Source: Myxococcota bacterium
GTDB lineage: Bacteria > Myxococcota > XYA12-FULL-58-9 > JALHOP01
DNA length: 64,000 nucleotides
Direction of reading: 5' to 3'
Assembly (NCBI GenBank): GCA_041288095.1
Contig: JBGGMJ010000089.1
Coordinates: forward strand, 9,517-73,516
Below, one piece after another: positions 27,085 through 38,491 of this stretch (the stretch's first letter is position 1; each line of letters begins with the position of its first letter). The notes beneath the pieces were generated by a model. That model did not search any database. It saw only the letters and a program-made list of their open reading frames with translations, and was not told the DNA's origin. The translations under genes and the position numbers were made by a program.

Positions 27085-28392
27085 TCAGGGGTGCCGGCGC
27101 GGTACAGCGAAACCAGGCGCCGGAAGGCCCCAGAGGAAGCCCTGAGCGAGCGGGATGCCGAGCTCGACGACGGTGGCGCGCTCCTCCTCCTTCTCGATAC
27201 CTTCGGCCACGACACGGGCGCCGATGTCTTCCGACGCCACGAGCAAGCTACGAACCAGCGCACGCTTGGCGCGCTCGATATGGACGTCTCGGACCAGCGA
27301 CATGTCGAGCTTGAGGTAGTCGGGCTTGAGCCGCACGACATGTGCGAGGTTTGCATACCCGGCACCCACATCGTCGATGGCGAGGCGCGCGCCCGCTTTG
27401 CGCAACTCGGAAAGACCGCGCTCGAGAAGCTCGTAGTTGCGGACCGCCACGCTCTCACTGAGCTCGATGACGATGCGCGTGGCTGGGATCGCGCCTTCCT
27501 GGGTCTCGAGCAACGCCTCACGGAAGCGTGGGTCGTTGATCAATCCCGGCGAGACGTTGAGGAAGAGGTCCGCTCCAGCGGGCAGGTCGGTGGCGCTCGC
27601 CATGGCGCAGCGGAAACAAGCACGTAGCATCTCACCGCTGAGCTTCGCGGTGCTGGCGAGATGAAAGAGCGCGGCCGGCATCTCGAAGCCCGCGGCCGTC
27701 GGTCCGCGAACGAGCGCTTCGTATCCGTGCGCCCCGCCCTCGCGCAGGTCGATCACCGGCTGGAAAAACATGCGCAGCTGCTCGTTGATGAGAATGTCGC
27801 GGAGCCGTTCGCGCGCCCGTGCCGCGACGTGAAGCTCTTGGCTCGCGGCTATGCGCCGGGCCTCCTCGAGCCCTCGGTAGACCAACCGCTCGGGCTGCAC
27901 CATGGCGTTCGCGAGCACCAGCGAATAGCCGACGCGCGGGGTCACGGTCAGACCGAAGGGACCGAGCACACCCGCGAGTCGTCCCATGAACACGGCTTGA
28001 ATGCGGCCGGCGACTTGTTCGAGCTCGCGATGCGTGAAGTCCGCGCCGCGACGCGGCCCCTCGAGAAAGAACGCGATCTGCTCGCCATAGGGCATGACCG
28101 TACACAACAGGTCGCCACTCCCGAGCACCTCGCTGCGCAACGCGCCCGCTTCACGCGCGATCTGGCCCAAGAGCTCGTTGTACGCCGAGCGCCCGAACTC
28201 CATCTCGACCGAGCCGAAGGGCTCCAGGTCGATGAGAACGATACCGAGGTAACCCAAAGTCTCGAGCAGGACGTGGACGTCATGCGTGATCGCGTGCAGC
28301 GGCGGTAGCTGCGTCGCGCTATCGAGCTCGACGCGCTCACGGTCGGTGACCGGAACGACTCCTGACTCGACCTTTGCCACGCTGGACCTCAA
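27085..28392 (-). CDS. EAL domain c-di-GMP phosphodiesterase with degenerate GGDEF-like N-terminal region
   Basis: FQPVI, YEALVR, FLNVSP, IELSE, IDDVGAGY, LKLD, VAEGIE, AQGF; start uncertain. Confidence 0.9.
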   Translation of the reverse strand: MRSSVAKVESGVVPVTDRERVELDSATQLPPLHAITHDVHVLLETLGYLGIVLIDLEPFGSVEMEFGRSAYNELLGQIAREAGALRSEVLGSGDLLCTVMPYGEQIAFFLEGPRRGADFTHRELEQVAGRIQAVFMGRLAGVLGPFGLTVTPRVGYSLVLANAMVQPERLVYRGLEEARRIAASQELHVAARARERLRDILINEQLRMFFQPVIDLREGGAHGYEALVRGPTAAGFEMPAALFHLASTAKLSGEMLRACFRCAMASATDLPAGADLFLNVSPGLINDPRFREALLETQEGAIPATRIVIELSESVAVRNYELLERGLSELRKAGARLAIDDVGAGYANLAHVVRLKPDYLKLDMSLVRDVHIERAKRALVRSLLVASEDIGARVVAEGIEKEEERATVVELGIPLAQGFLWGLPAPGFAVPRRHP

Positions 28393-28572
28393 AGGCTCGG
28401 GGTCTCGAGCTGAGAGGGGATGCTATCCTGGCGGCGCTCAGGGCGCTACCGCGCTTGCTACGGTGAGTTTTTTTGACGGATCTCGACGTGGGCTCACATC
28501 CGCTCCTACACGAAGCGGGGGAAGAGCCCCACGGTTCTCCGCCTCGTCCGCTAAAGCGAACTCAGCACATGG

Positions 28573-28598
28573 AAAAGCGAGCAGCCAAAGCTGCTCGC
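28573..28598 (-). terminator. Rho-independent terminator of the RRM gene
   Basis: GCGAGCAGC-TTTG-GCTGCTCGC followed by TTTT, 7 nt after the stop codon. Confidence 0.7.
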
Positions 28599-28605
28599 AT
28601 CGCCA

Positions 28606-28971
28606 TTACCAGCGGTCGCCGCCGCCGCCGCCACGGCCACCGCCGCCGCCGCCGCGTCCGCCACCACCACCGCCGCCGCCGTAGCCGCCACGGCCACCAC
28701 CGCCGCCGCCGCCACCACCGCGCGGTTTGTCTTCCGCCTCGTTCACCTTGATCGTACGGCCATCGAGCTCGGCGCCGTTCATCTCCGACATGGCCTTGCG
28801 GGCGTCGTCGGGGCTACCGAACGTCACGAAGCCGAAGCCACGCGAACGACCGGTGTCGCGGTCCTGGATCACCTTGGCTTCGCTAACGGCGCCAAAGCGT
28901 TCAAATGCGCTGCGAAGGGTATCGTCATTGGTGTCCCAGCTAAGACCGCCAACAAACAACTTTTGACTCAC
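28606..28971 (-). CDS. Glycine-rich RRM RNA-binding protein
   Basis: RNP2 LFVGGL, RNP1 RGFGFVTF, Gly/Arg tail; GTG start after GGAG. Confidence 0.95.
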   Translation of the reverse strand: MSQKLFVGGLSWDTNDDTLRSAFERFGAVSEAKVIQDRDTGRSRGFGFVTFGSPDDARKAMSEMNGAELDGRTIKVNEAEDKPRGGGGGGGGGRGGYGGGGGGGGRGGGGGGRGGGGGDRW

Positions 28972-29183
28972 GCTAATCCATCTCCACGGTCCCGTCTCGA
29001 AACGAACTGGACCAAGCGCGTGCTTGTCGCTCAAAAGTGAGGGTGTTTGGAACCAAAAACGTTGCACCCGGCGCCAAAAACGGCATCGGCCCCTCGTTTT
29101 TCGCTTGTCGAGGCCGCCTTCGGTGCCAGTCTAGACCCCTGGGAAGCCCTCTGTGGGGGCCAGGTTCCCGATTTGGAGGGTAA

Positions 29184-29804
29184 ATGGGCAGCGTCCCGCG
29201 CTTTCTCCTGCACCACGCCAAGCAGACGCGCTCCGCGACGGCTATGTGGCTCCTCGAGGAGTCCCAAGCGCCCTATGAGGTGCGCCGTCACGAGCTCAAG
29301 GGCCCACGGAGCCCCGAGCACCTCGCCGCGAACCCCTATGGGAAGTTTCCAACGTTGGTCGACCGCGGCCCGGACGGCACCTGGAATTCGGCGGTCACCG
29401 AAAACGCCGCCATCGCCATGCACGTGGCCGACATGCTCCCGGCATCGCGGCTCGCGCCGAAGCTTGGTGACCGCGAACGCGGACCATGGGTCACCTGGTG
29501 CACCCTACTCCCGGCCACGCTCGAGCCGGGTCTCATGGACATCGTGTTTCCGCGCAAGCAGGAAGCGCCGCGCAGCACGGTGGGCTGGCCTCCGTTCCCA
29601 GAAACGATCGAGCGCATCACCAACGGCTTGCGCGGCAAGCAATACCTCGTCGCCGACCGCTTCACCGCGGCGGACATCGTCATCGGCTCGTCGCTCGCCT
29701 TCTTCAAGCGCATCGGCAAGCTCCCGACGAACGAGGTGCTCGACGCCTACCTCGCTCGGCTCGAGGAACGGCCCGCGCTCAAGGCGGCGCGCGAGAAGGA
29801 TTAG
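29184..29804 (+). CDS. Glutathione S-transferase family protein
   Basis: TRS, WLLEE, NPYGKFPTL, TENAAI, FTAADI, RPA. Confidence 0.92.
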   Translation: MGSVPRFLLHHAKQTRSATAMWLLEESQAPYEVRRHELKGPRSPEHLAANPYGKFPTLVDRGPDGTWNSAVTENAAIAMHVADMLPASRLAPKLGDRERGPWVTWCTLLPATLEPGLMDIVFPRKQEAPRSTVGWPPFPETIERITNGLRGKQYLVADRFTAADIVIGSSLAFFKRIGKLPTNEVLDAYLARLEERPALKAAREKD

Positions 29805-29827
29805 GTTTTAGATTCTTTTGGTGGACC

Positions 29828-29852
29828 GAAACGAATCGGCCGCTACGGCGTA
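29828..29852 (+). promoter_or_regulatory. Possible ECF sigma promoter GAAAC-N16-CGTA
   Basis: Canonical AAC/CGT geometry, upstream of the CMD/AhpD gene. Confidence 0.45.
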
Positions 29853-29935
29853 CTCGTGGGCGAATCCAAAAGGGTCCAGCGCTTCGCGCTCGGGCCCATC
29901 AATCCAATTTGCTTCACGGTTTCAGGAGATCGCCC

Positions 29936-30829
29936 ATGCGACTGATGACGATGTGTTTGACGATGTGTCTCGCGGTAGCTGCACACGCCGCCCCGGATAA
30001 CGTTTCGATGGAAGCGGAGGCGACCTACAAAGACGTTCAGATGACGCTCGGCAGTGTCCCCGGGTTCATCAAGGCGTATCCCCAAAGCTCGGTCGCCGGC
30101 GCCTGGGAGTTCTTCAAGCGGCTGCAGGTCAGCAACGAAACCGCGATCCCCCCGAAGTACAAGGAGCTGATTGGCCTCGCCGTCTCGGCACAAATCCCCT
30201 GCACGTATTGCGTGTACGCGCACACGGAGTTCGCCAAAGCGAACGGCGCCACCGACGAGGAGATCAAACACGCGGTCGCCGAAGGCTCCCTCACGCGCCT
30301 GTGGAGCACGTACATGAACGGCCTTCAGCAGGACGAAGGTGCCTTCAAGGCCGAGCTCGCCAAGGCGGTCGAGGCCATGAAGAAGATGATGGCCGCGCCG
30401 GCGCCGTCGACGGCTCAACCGGCCATGGCGATCACCGACTCGAAGAGCGCTTTCGCGGACATCGAGCGCACGTTCGGCGTCGTCCCCAGCTTCATGCGGT
30501 CCCTTCCTGACAACTTGGTGGCGCCTGCATGGAAGCAGATGAAGGCCGTCGAGGTGTCGCCGGGCGCCATCCCGCACAAATACGTCTCACTCATCAGCCT
30601 CGCCGTCGCGTCGCAGATCCCGTGCCGCTATTGCGTCCTGGCGGACAACGAGTTCTCGAAGCTTGGCGGCGCGTCCGACGCGGAGACCAAAGAGGCCGTT
30701 CTCATGGCGGCGCATACCCGGCACTGGAGCACGTACCTGAACGGCATTCAGTACGATCAGCGCAAGTTCCAAAAGGAAGTCGACCAGATCATCGCGGCAG
30801 CGAAGAAGAACGCGAAGCCCAAGGCGTAG
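29936..30829 (+). CDS. Exported tandem carboxymuconolactone decarboxylase/AhpD-family protein
   Basis: Signal peptide ending AHA; two repeats, KELIGLAVSAQIPCTYCVYAH and VSLISLAVASQIPCRYCVLAD; ATG after AGGAG. Confidence 0.88.
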   Translation: MRLMTMCLTMCLAVAAHAAPDNVSMEAEATYKDVQMTLGSVPGFIKAYPQSSVAGAWEFFKRLQVSNETAIPPKYKELIGLAVSAQIPCTYCVYAHTEFAKANGATDEEIKHAVAEGSLTRLWSTYMNGLQQDEGAFKAELAKAVEAMKKMMAAPAPSTAQPAMAITDSKSAFADIERTFGVVPSFMRSLPDNLVAPAWKQMKAVEVSPGAIPHKYVSLISLAVASQIPCRYCVLADNEFSKLGGASDAETKEAVLMAAHTRHWSTYLNGIQYDQRKFQKEVDQIIAAAKKNAKPKA

Positions 30830-30905
30830 TAAGACCGGCGAGACGGCCCGGGCCGGCATGAACTGGCTCGGGCGTCGAACCGGCGACCCCGTGTACACTC
30901 CCGAT

Positions 30906-32477
30906 GTGCCGCGCTTAAAGTCCGTTAGCTCGCTCATCGTCGTAACGGCGGCGCTCGCGGTTTGCGGCAGGAGTGGCTACGAACAGGTCTGCGAGCTCGG
31001 CCTCTGCGCGCAAGCCGGCGAGCGTTGCATCGACGCCCGCGATTGCTCGAGCGGAGCCTGCGCCGACGGTGTCTGCTGCGATTCGCCGTGCACCGAGGTG
31101 TGCAGCGCCTGTGTCGGCGCGCTAACCGGCTCGACCACCGGAGTCTGCCGGCCCATCCGCGTCGGCTTCACCGATGCGATGAACGCAATCTGCTCGGCGG
31201 ACGGCACCGGCTGCACGGGCGCCGCCTGCGCCTGCGACGGTGAACAAGGTCCCGAGCATTGTCGCATCGCGGAAGGCACGGAGTGCAGTCAGCACAGTGA
31301 CTGCGCGACGGACTCCTGCACGAGCGGACAATGCGGCGTCGATCCGTGCTTCGCGGCCCCGAACGGTGGCTGCGACGTCAACGCCGTGTGCACGAGCGAC
31401 CAGGGCACCGCGAGCTGCGCCTGTGACCCGGGCTTCACCGGCGACGGCTTCGCCTGTACCGACATCGACGAGTGTTTGGTCGCCAACGGCGGCTGCGGCG
31501 CCAACGCCACCTGCACCAACACCCCGGGCAGCTTCACCTGCCAATGCGACCAGGGCTTCGTGGGCGACGGCCAGACCTGCTTTGCGCCAGCACCCGGCTG
31601 TGACGCCTCGGGTACGACGGTTAGCTGCGCCGTCCCGGGCTCGTACACCTTCACAGTGCCCGCGGGAGTGTCCGCTATTACGGTCAAGGCGTGGGGAGGT
31701 GGCGGTGGTGGTGGCGGCGGTTGGAACGAGAATGGCGGCGACGGTGGCGGCGCGGCCTACGCCGCGGGTACCATGACGGTGTCCGCGGGGACGACCTTCA
31801 CGCTGATCGTTGGTGGTGGCGGTGGCGCGGGCAACGTGACCTTCGCCGGCGGCGGTGGTGGCGGTGGCTCGAGCGCCCTGCTGCTCGCATCCGCGCGCGT
31901 GCTCGTCGCCGCCGGTGGGGGTGGCGGTGGTGGTGGTTGGAACGGCGTCTCGGGAGCGGGCGGCGCGGGGGGCGGTACGGTCGGCACCGCCGGCGGCAAC
32001 ACCGCTCAGGCCGGTGGCGGTGGCGGCGCATCACAATCGCTAGGGGGCACGGCCGGCACGGGCGACTTCACCGCGGGCAGCGCGGGGGCGGCCGGCGCAG
32101 GGGGTCAGGGAGCACAGTCCGGATCGATGAACAACGGCGCGGGCGGCGTATCGGCCGACTGTCCAGGCGGTGGGCCTGGTGCCGCGTGCGACTACAGCGG
32201 CGGCGGTGGTGGCGGCGGCGGTTACTTCGGCGGCGGCGGCGGATCATGCGGTAGTGGCGGAGGCGGTGGCGGAGGCGGTTCGAGCTTCGCGGCCCTCTCG
32301 GTGACTGGGTCGACGCTCACGGCCGGCAGCGGATCGACAGCCGCCAACAACGGCGACCCAGTGCTTCCGGTAGGGGCCGCCAAGGGTGGCGGCGGCGGCG
32401 TGAGCTCGTCGACTCCCGGCGCGCCCGGCAGTGACGGTGGTGACGGCGTAGTGGTCGTCGTGTGGCCTTCGTCGTAG
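30906..32477 (+). CDS. Surface protein with Cys-rich and calcium-binding EGF-like repeats and a glycine-rich C-terminal domain
   Basis: CTDIDEC...[43 protein letters not shown]. Confidence 0.85.
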   Translation: MPRLKSVSSLIVVTAALAVCGRSGYEQVCELGLCAQAGERCIDARDCSSGACADGVCCDSPCTEVCSACVGALTGSTTGVCRPIRVGFTDAMNAICSADGTGCTGAACACDGEQGPEHCRIAEGTECSQHSDCATDSCTSGQCGVDPCFAAPNGGCDVNAVCTSDQGTASCACDPGFTGDGFACTDIDECLVANGGCGANATCTNTPGSFTCQCDQGFVGDGQTCFAPAPGCDASGTTVSCAVPGSYTFTVPAGVSAITVKAWGGGGGGGGGWNENGGDGGGAAYAAGTMTVSAGTTFTLIVGGGGGAGNVTFAGGGGGGGSSALLLASARVLVAAGGGGGGGGWNGVSGAGGAGGGTVGTAGGNTAQAGGGGGASQSLGGTAGTGDFTAGSAGAAGAGGQGAQSGSMNNGAGGVSADCPGGGPGAACDYSGGGGGGGGYFGGGGGSCGSGGGGGGGGSSFAALSVTGSTLTAGSGSTAANNGDPVLPVGAAKGGGGGVSSSTPGAPGSDGGDGVVVVVWPSS

Positions 32478-32485
32478 AGTCGCGC

Positions 32486-32974
32486 ATGGTGCTCGTACTC
32501 CTCACGCTCCTCATCGCGGCCCCCGAATGTGAGCCGCTGCCGGTGCCAACGCGCGTCGACGTCTACGCCTACGACCTCATGTGGGAAGCAAAGCAGATGC
32601 CCTGCATGCCGACGCATGAGAACCGGGAGTGCGACAAAACGAAGAAGCCGCTCAAGCTCTCGAAGGACAAGACGGCCAAGCTGAACGCCCTACTCCGCAA
32701 TAGCGGCAACTACCGGGGCCGTGAACAGATGAAGTGCTTCGAGCCGCGCCACACGCTGGTGTTCTACTACGGGTCGTCGCTGCTCGATGTCTACGACGTC
32801 TGCCTGACCTGCCATAACGTCGAGGTCGCCGGCAGCAATCCATTCGTCGGCTGCGAGCCGCCGAAAGACGATGCACAGAAGCGCTTCACCTTCACAGCGG
32901 AGGCGTATGAGCAGCTGCGCACGACCCTGGTCGCGGGCAAGGTGAAGTACATTCCATCCGAGGCCAAGGATTAG
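32486..32974 (+). CDS. Hypothetical exported protein
   Basis: Hydrophobic N-terminus; CFEPRH and VCLTC motifs. Confidence 0.65.
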   Translation: MVLVLLTLLIAAPECEPLPVPTRVDVYAYDLMWEAKQMPCMPTHENRECDKTKKPLKLSKDKTAKLNALLRNSGNYRGREQMKCFEPRHTLVFYYGSSLLDVYDVCLTCHNVEVAGSNPFVGCEPPKDDAQKRFTFTAEAYEQLRTTLVAGKVKYIPSEAKD

Positions 32975-32988
32975 GCATACTCTCCGGC

Positions 32989-34875
32989 ATGCTCTCGCGA
33001 GTCCTGCTGCTCACGACCTTGGCGCTGTTCCTCGTCCGTTGTAGCGGAAGCTCCACTCCCGACGGCGACGGCCATGATGATGATGATGACGGCGACGAGT
33101 CACTCGTCTTCTCAAGCTGCGACACCACTCCGCACGGCGGCACCGACGAGCGCGAATGCTACACCGCCGCCACAGTCCCGTTCGGCGGCACGTGCGCGCT
33201 GACCACGCAGACCCGCACCTGCGCCAACGGCGCCTGGAGCCCCGATTTCCCGGAGTCCTGCCTTGCTTCGTGCACGGTCGCCGCAGCGGACGCCTGCGGG
33301 ATCACCGCCAACGGCGACAGCGAGAGCCGCACCTGCTACGGCGCGGCCGTGGTGCCCTTCGGCTCGACGTGCACTTCCGCGGAACATACGCGGACGTGCG
33401 CGAATGGTACCTGGACCCCCGATTGGCCGTCCTGCGCCTATCTCTCCTGCGAGGTCGCGCCAGCCGCCGCCTGCGACGGTCAACCGCACGGCACCGTCGA
33501 GAACCGCACCTGCTACAGCGCGGCCAGCGTGCCTCCCGGTCAGACCTGCGGCGGCACCAACCAGAGCCGCACCTGCGACGATGGCGATTGGAGCTCGGGC
33601 TACGCGAGTTGCCCGTACCTTACGTGCGTCGTGGAGGCAGGCGCGCGCTGCGGGAGCACTCTGCATGACGCCTATGAATCGCGCGCGTGCTACGCCGCGA
33701 GCGCCGTCGCTTTTGCCAACGAGTGCACGTTCGCGTGGCAAGATCGCCTCTGCGACGACGGCGGCTGGTCGCCCGACTACTCGAGTTGCGCGAACCTCAC
33801 CTGCTCCGTCGGCGCACCTCCCGACTACAGCTCGGAGCACGGCTGGCTCGTCGACGGCACGGGCTGCACACCTTCGACCGATGAGCGGGAGTATGACGCT
33901 ATAGCGGTCGGGAGCGGCGCGGTTTACGTCTCGTACCGACTCGACCTGTCCCATGTCCTCCACAAGCTCGATGCCGTGACCGGCGCGGGCCTCGACAGCG
34001 ACCAGGGCAACGGCACCGGGGGCGCCGGCGTCGTCGCTGACGCGACCGGCGTCTACTCGGCCGGCTGGGTGAACCAGCATGGCTATCTCGAGAAACGGGA
34101 CCTCGCGACACTGGATCACATCGCGGGCTTCGGGACCTACGCGACGGGCGTGCGCCGGTTCGACAACGAGCCCATCCTGCGGCTCGAAGGTCGCGACTCG
34201 CAGCTCTGGCTACTCGTCGAGCGCTACACCGCCAGCGGCTACGACTGGTACCTCACGAAGGTCGGCGGCGCCGATGCGATCACGGACACAGGCTTCGGCA
34301 CTTCGGGGATCGCCCTCACGACCTACAAGCGGGGCTTGAGTGAAGCGCGCCCCGCGTTCGATGTCGTGCTCGGCGCGACGCACCTCTACTTCGTGGTGCG
34401 CATCGACAACTTCTACATCCGCATCGAAAAGCGCGACCTCGCGAGCGGCGCCCTCGCCTCCGGGTTCGGCGACGGCGGCATTCTCACCATGTTCGCGCAG
34501 CGTGAGGGCACGCCCGCATCGGTGGCCGTCTTCGAGCACCTCGGCCGCTTGTACGTCGGCAGCAGCCACGACCTCTGGCAGCTCAACAACGGGCGAGGAA
34601 ACGTCATCTGGGGTTACGACTCCGGCGCCGTCACGAGCGACATCATCGCCGACGCCACCGGCGTTTACATCGACGACCGCATCAAGCTGAGCCACGACGG
34701 CGTGCCACTATGGACGAGCACCGCCCTCGCGGCGCGCAACACCTCACTGGCAATCGACGGTCACTGGCTCTACGCCGCCGGCAACCACGCGTACACATCG
34801 ACGTTGTGCAGCAACATGCGGTACCGCCAGACAGCGGGCAGGCAGAGTCGCCATGACGGAATGCTGCATCCCTGA
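32989..34875 (+). CDS. Lipoprotein with four Cys-rich repeats and a beta-propeller-like C-terminal domain
   Basis: Lipobox-like LVRC; repeats described in the next feature; GFGxxG turns in the C-terminal half. Confidence 0.8.
   Translation: MLSRVLLLTTLALFLVRCSGSSTPDGDGHDDDDDGDESLVFSSCDTTPHGGTDERECYTAATVPFGGTCALTTQTRTCANGAWSPDFPESCLASCTVAAADACGITANGDSESRTCYGAAVVPFGSTCTSAEHTRTCANGTWTPDWPSCAYLSCEVAPAAACDGQPHGTVENRTCYSAASVPPGQTCGGTNQSRTCDDGDWSSGYASCPYLTCVVEAGARCGSTLHDAYESRACYAASAVAFANECTFAWQDRLCDDGGWSPDYSSCANLTCSVGAPPDYSSEHGWLVDGTGCTPSTDEREYDAIAVGSGAVYVSYRLDLSHVLHKLDAVTGAGLDSDQGNGTGGAGVVADATGVYSAGWVNQHGYLEKRDLATLDHIAGFGTYATGVRRFDNEPILRLEGRDSQLWLLVERYTASGYDWYLTKVGGADAITDTGFGTSGIALTTYKRGLSEARPAFDVVLGATHLYFVVRIDNFYIRIEKRDLASGALASGFGDGGILTMFAQREGTPASVAVFEHLGRLYVGSSHDLWQLNNGRGNVIWGYDSGAVTSDIIADATGVYIDDRIKLSHDGVPLWTSTALAARNTSLAIDGHWLYAAGNHAYTSTLCSNMRYRQTAGRQSRHDGMLHP
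33118..33810 (+). repeat. Four intragenic tandem repeats with a 177-nt (59 aa) period
   Basis: Unit-initial Cys codons at 33118, 33295, 33472 and 33649; consensus C..xHG..E.RxCYxAxxVP.G.TC....R.CxxGxWS...SC..LxCxV. Confidence 0.85.
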
Positions 34876-34883
34876 GGGTCCGC

Positions 34884-35306
34884 CTACTTGGCGTCTTTGA
34901 CCGGCCCGAGGACGCCGTCTGGACTGATGCGAACCTTCAGGACCGCTCGCTCCTCTGGCGGCCGCTCGCGCATGCCCGACCGAGGCTTGTAGGTGGCGTC
35001 GAGGCGTACCCCGCCATCGTCCTCGAGCTTCGCCTTGAGGTTCTCGAGGTTCTCCTCCGAGACGGCTTGCATCCAGGTCAGCGCGATCGCCGTGCGCTTC
35101 TTGCGATCAGCCCAGCCCGCCTTCGTGAGCGCCGGCAGAACGTGGGTGAAGTCCTCGTACTTCTTTCCGTCCACGGTGTAGTGCGACAGGACGCAGCCCG
35201 CGTCGTGGGCAAAGGCCGAGGTCACGACGACGCCGGGAAAGCCGTCGATCGGCTCGTCGATGCAGCCTAAGGAGAGCAGCAAAGCGGTGAAGAGCGAAGG
35301 GAGCAT
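34884..35306 (-). CDS. Hypothetical (lipo)protein
   Basis: MLPSLFTALLLSLGC. Confidence 0.65.
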   Translation of the reverse strand: MLPSLFTALLLSLGCIDEPIDGFPGVVVTSAFAHDAGCVLSHYTVDGKKYEDFTHVLPALTKAGWADRKKRTAIALTWMQAVSEENLENLKAKLEDDGGVRLDATYKPRSGMRERPPEERAVLKVRISPDGVLGPVKDAK

Positions 35307-35343
35307 GGCCCCGTTCTAGCACGACCGTTGGGTCGCTCGCTGG

Positions 35344-36627
<1,284 letters not shown>

Positions 36628-36720
36628 GAGACACACTTCTTTCCGGAGGTCCCCCTGGTACGCGAGCGGCGCACAACAAGCAAACGTTGTCGGCGTTGGT
36701 CGAAACAAAAGAAGGCAGAC

Positions 36721-36736
36721 GTCGCAGACATGCGAC
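36721..36736. promoter_or_regulatory. Perfect inverted repeat GTCGCA-GACA-TGCGAC in a divergent intergenic region
   Basis: Read directly; may be an operator or a leader hairpin. Confidence 0.3.
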
Positions 36737-36853
36737 ACATGGTGGCCCCGACCCCCCGCCCCGCCCTGTTTAACGCCTCGCACCGCGGTTTCTGCGCACC
36801 CAGCGCTTCGGCACGCATCCTGCTCACACGATCGCGACGCCGAAAGGATCCGC

Positions 36854-38491
36854 ATGCGTAGTCTCGCCCTGGCATCAGCAATAGCGCTTACGAGCTGCAC
36901 CGGCGTCATCGGTGACGGGCTGGAAGGCTCCGAGCCCGCGCCCTACTCCGGCCCCATCTTCGGCGATGCTCGCGCGCTGGGCCCGAGCACCATGCGCCGC
37001 CTATCGCGCGCCGAATACGCCGCGGCCGTAACCGTGGTGACCGGCGAATCGCCGACCGCCGCCGAGCTCGCGACGTTGCCCGCCGACTCTGTCTCACCGT
37101 TCGACAACGACCTGACGGGTCAGGCTCCATCAGCCGCGCTCGTCGAGGCCGTCCGCTCGCTCGCAGCCGCGATCACCGAGCGGGTGTTCGCGGATCCCGG
37201 GAAACGCGCGGCAATCCTCGGTTGTGCTCCGACCGGCCCCAATGACACCAGTTGCCTGCGACAATTCATCGCCCAACGTGGCCGCTTGGCCCTGCGCCGT
37301 CCGCTCACGAGCGACGAGATCGACGCCTACGCGGGCACGGTAGGCCTCGCGATGGACGCCAACGACTTTTCCGTCGCCGCCCGCGTGGTCTTGCAAGCGT
37401 TCCTGCAAGACATGGAGCTCCTGTACCGCATCGAGCTCGGCACGCCGACCTCGCAAGACGCCAACGTCATCGCGCTAGGACCTTTCGAGATCGCCGCACG
37501 ACTCAGCTTCACCCTCTGGGGGGCGCCGCCCGACGATGCGCTCCTCGATGCGGCGGCGAGCGGCGTCTTGGACAGTCAGCAAGGGCTTCGCGACACCGCC
37601 ACGGCCATGCTCGGCGACGAGCGCGCCATCGCCCGCGTCAGTCGCTTTCACGCCATGTGGCTCGGTTACGAGGACATGCCGCATGCCCCGGAGCAGGCAG
37701 CCGTGTTCCGTCGCGAGACCGATACCCTCGTGCGCCGCGTCGTCTTCGATGAGCGCGCATCGTGGCTCGATCTCTTCCGCGCCGAGGAAACCTTCATCGA
37801 CGACAAGCTCGCGGTTCACTACGGCCTCGCATCGACCGGTGAAGCCCAAGCGACTTGGAGATCTTACGAGGCAACCGGCCGGCGCGGGCTCCTCTCGCAC
37901 GCCAGCGTGCTCTCGAACGGCGGCAGCGGCGGCGGTGACACGAGCGTCATCAGACGCGGTCTCTTCGTGCGCAACCGCCTGCTCTGCGACGAAATCCCGC
38001 CACCACCACCCGAGCTCGACGTCAACGTCGACCAGCCGCCGGCTCCGGGGCCGAACGACTGCAAGCAAGACGTCATCGCGCGGCACAGCACCGACGCTGC
38101 GTGCTCCGCCTGTCACGCGCTCATCGACCCCATCGGCCGAGGCCTCGAGCGCTTCGATCTCGCCGGTCGTTTCCGCACCCACGAGCCCGGCAAGGACTTC
38201 TGCCCACTCGATGGCGTCGGCAGCCTCGACTCGCAAGGACAATTCGAGGGCCCGGCGGGCCTCGCGGATCTCTTGCTGGAGTCCGAGCTGCTCGACGCGT
38301 GTGTCGTCGAGCAGGTGCTGCGCTTCACCGCGGGGCGCAAGACCATGCGGGCCGACAAGGAGCGTCTCGCCGAGACCGTGAGCTGGTGGCGAGGCGCGGG
38401 ACTCCAGCTCGACACCCTGCTCGTCGAGATCGTCGCATCACCAGCGTTTCGTCATCGAGTCATCGCAGCGGAGGATCAAGTATGGCGCTAA
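36854..38491 (+). CDS. DUF1587/1595/1592/1588/1585-type lipoprotein
   Basis: Lipobox [45 protein letters not shown]. Confidence 0.88.
   Translation: MRSLALASAIALTSCTGVIGDGLEGSEPAPYSGPIFGDARALGPSTMRRLSRAEYAAAVTVVTGESPTAAELATLPADSVSPFDNDLTGQAPSAALVEAVRSLAAAITERVFADPGKRAAILGCAPTGPNDTSCLRQFIAQRGRLALRRPLTSDEIDAYAGTVGLAMDANDFSVAARVVLQAFLQDMELLYRIELGTPTSQDANVIALGPFEIAARLSFTLWGAPPDDALLDAAASGVLDSQQGLRDTATAMLGDERAIARVSRFHAMWLGYEDMPHAPEQAAVFRRETDTLVRRVVFDERASWLDLFRAEETFIDDKLAVHYGLASTGEAQATWRSYEATGRRGLLSHASVLSNGGSGGGDTSVIRRGLFVRNRLLCDEIPPPPPELDVNVDQPPAPGPNDCKQDVIARHSTDAACSACHALIDPIGRGLERFDLAGRFRTHEPGKDFCPLDGVGSLDSQGQFEGPAGLADLLLESELLDACVVEQVLRFTAGRKTMRADKERLAETVSWWRGAGLQLDTLLVEIVASPAFRHRVIAAEDQVWR

Noticed and set aside
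28620..28725. GCC-rich repeat tract
   Set aside because: Encodes the Gly-rich tail of the RRM protein; not a CRISPR array or separate repeat element. The same applies to 31690-32450.
29050..29080. GCAAC and TGGCGC...TGCA upstream of the RRM gene
   Set aside because: No CGATA-like -10 at the right distance, and the sigma-54 spacing is wrong.
32796..32816. CLTCH as a c-type heme site
   Set aside because: A single motif in a small Cys-rich exported protein with no other cytochrome features; could equally form disulfides.
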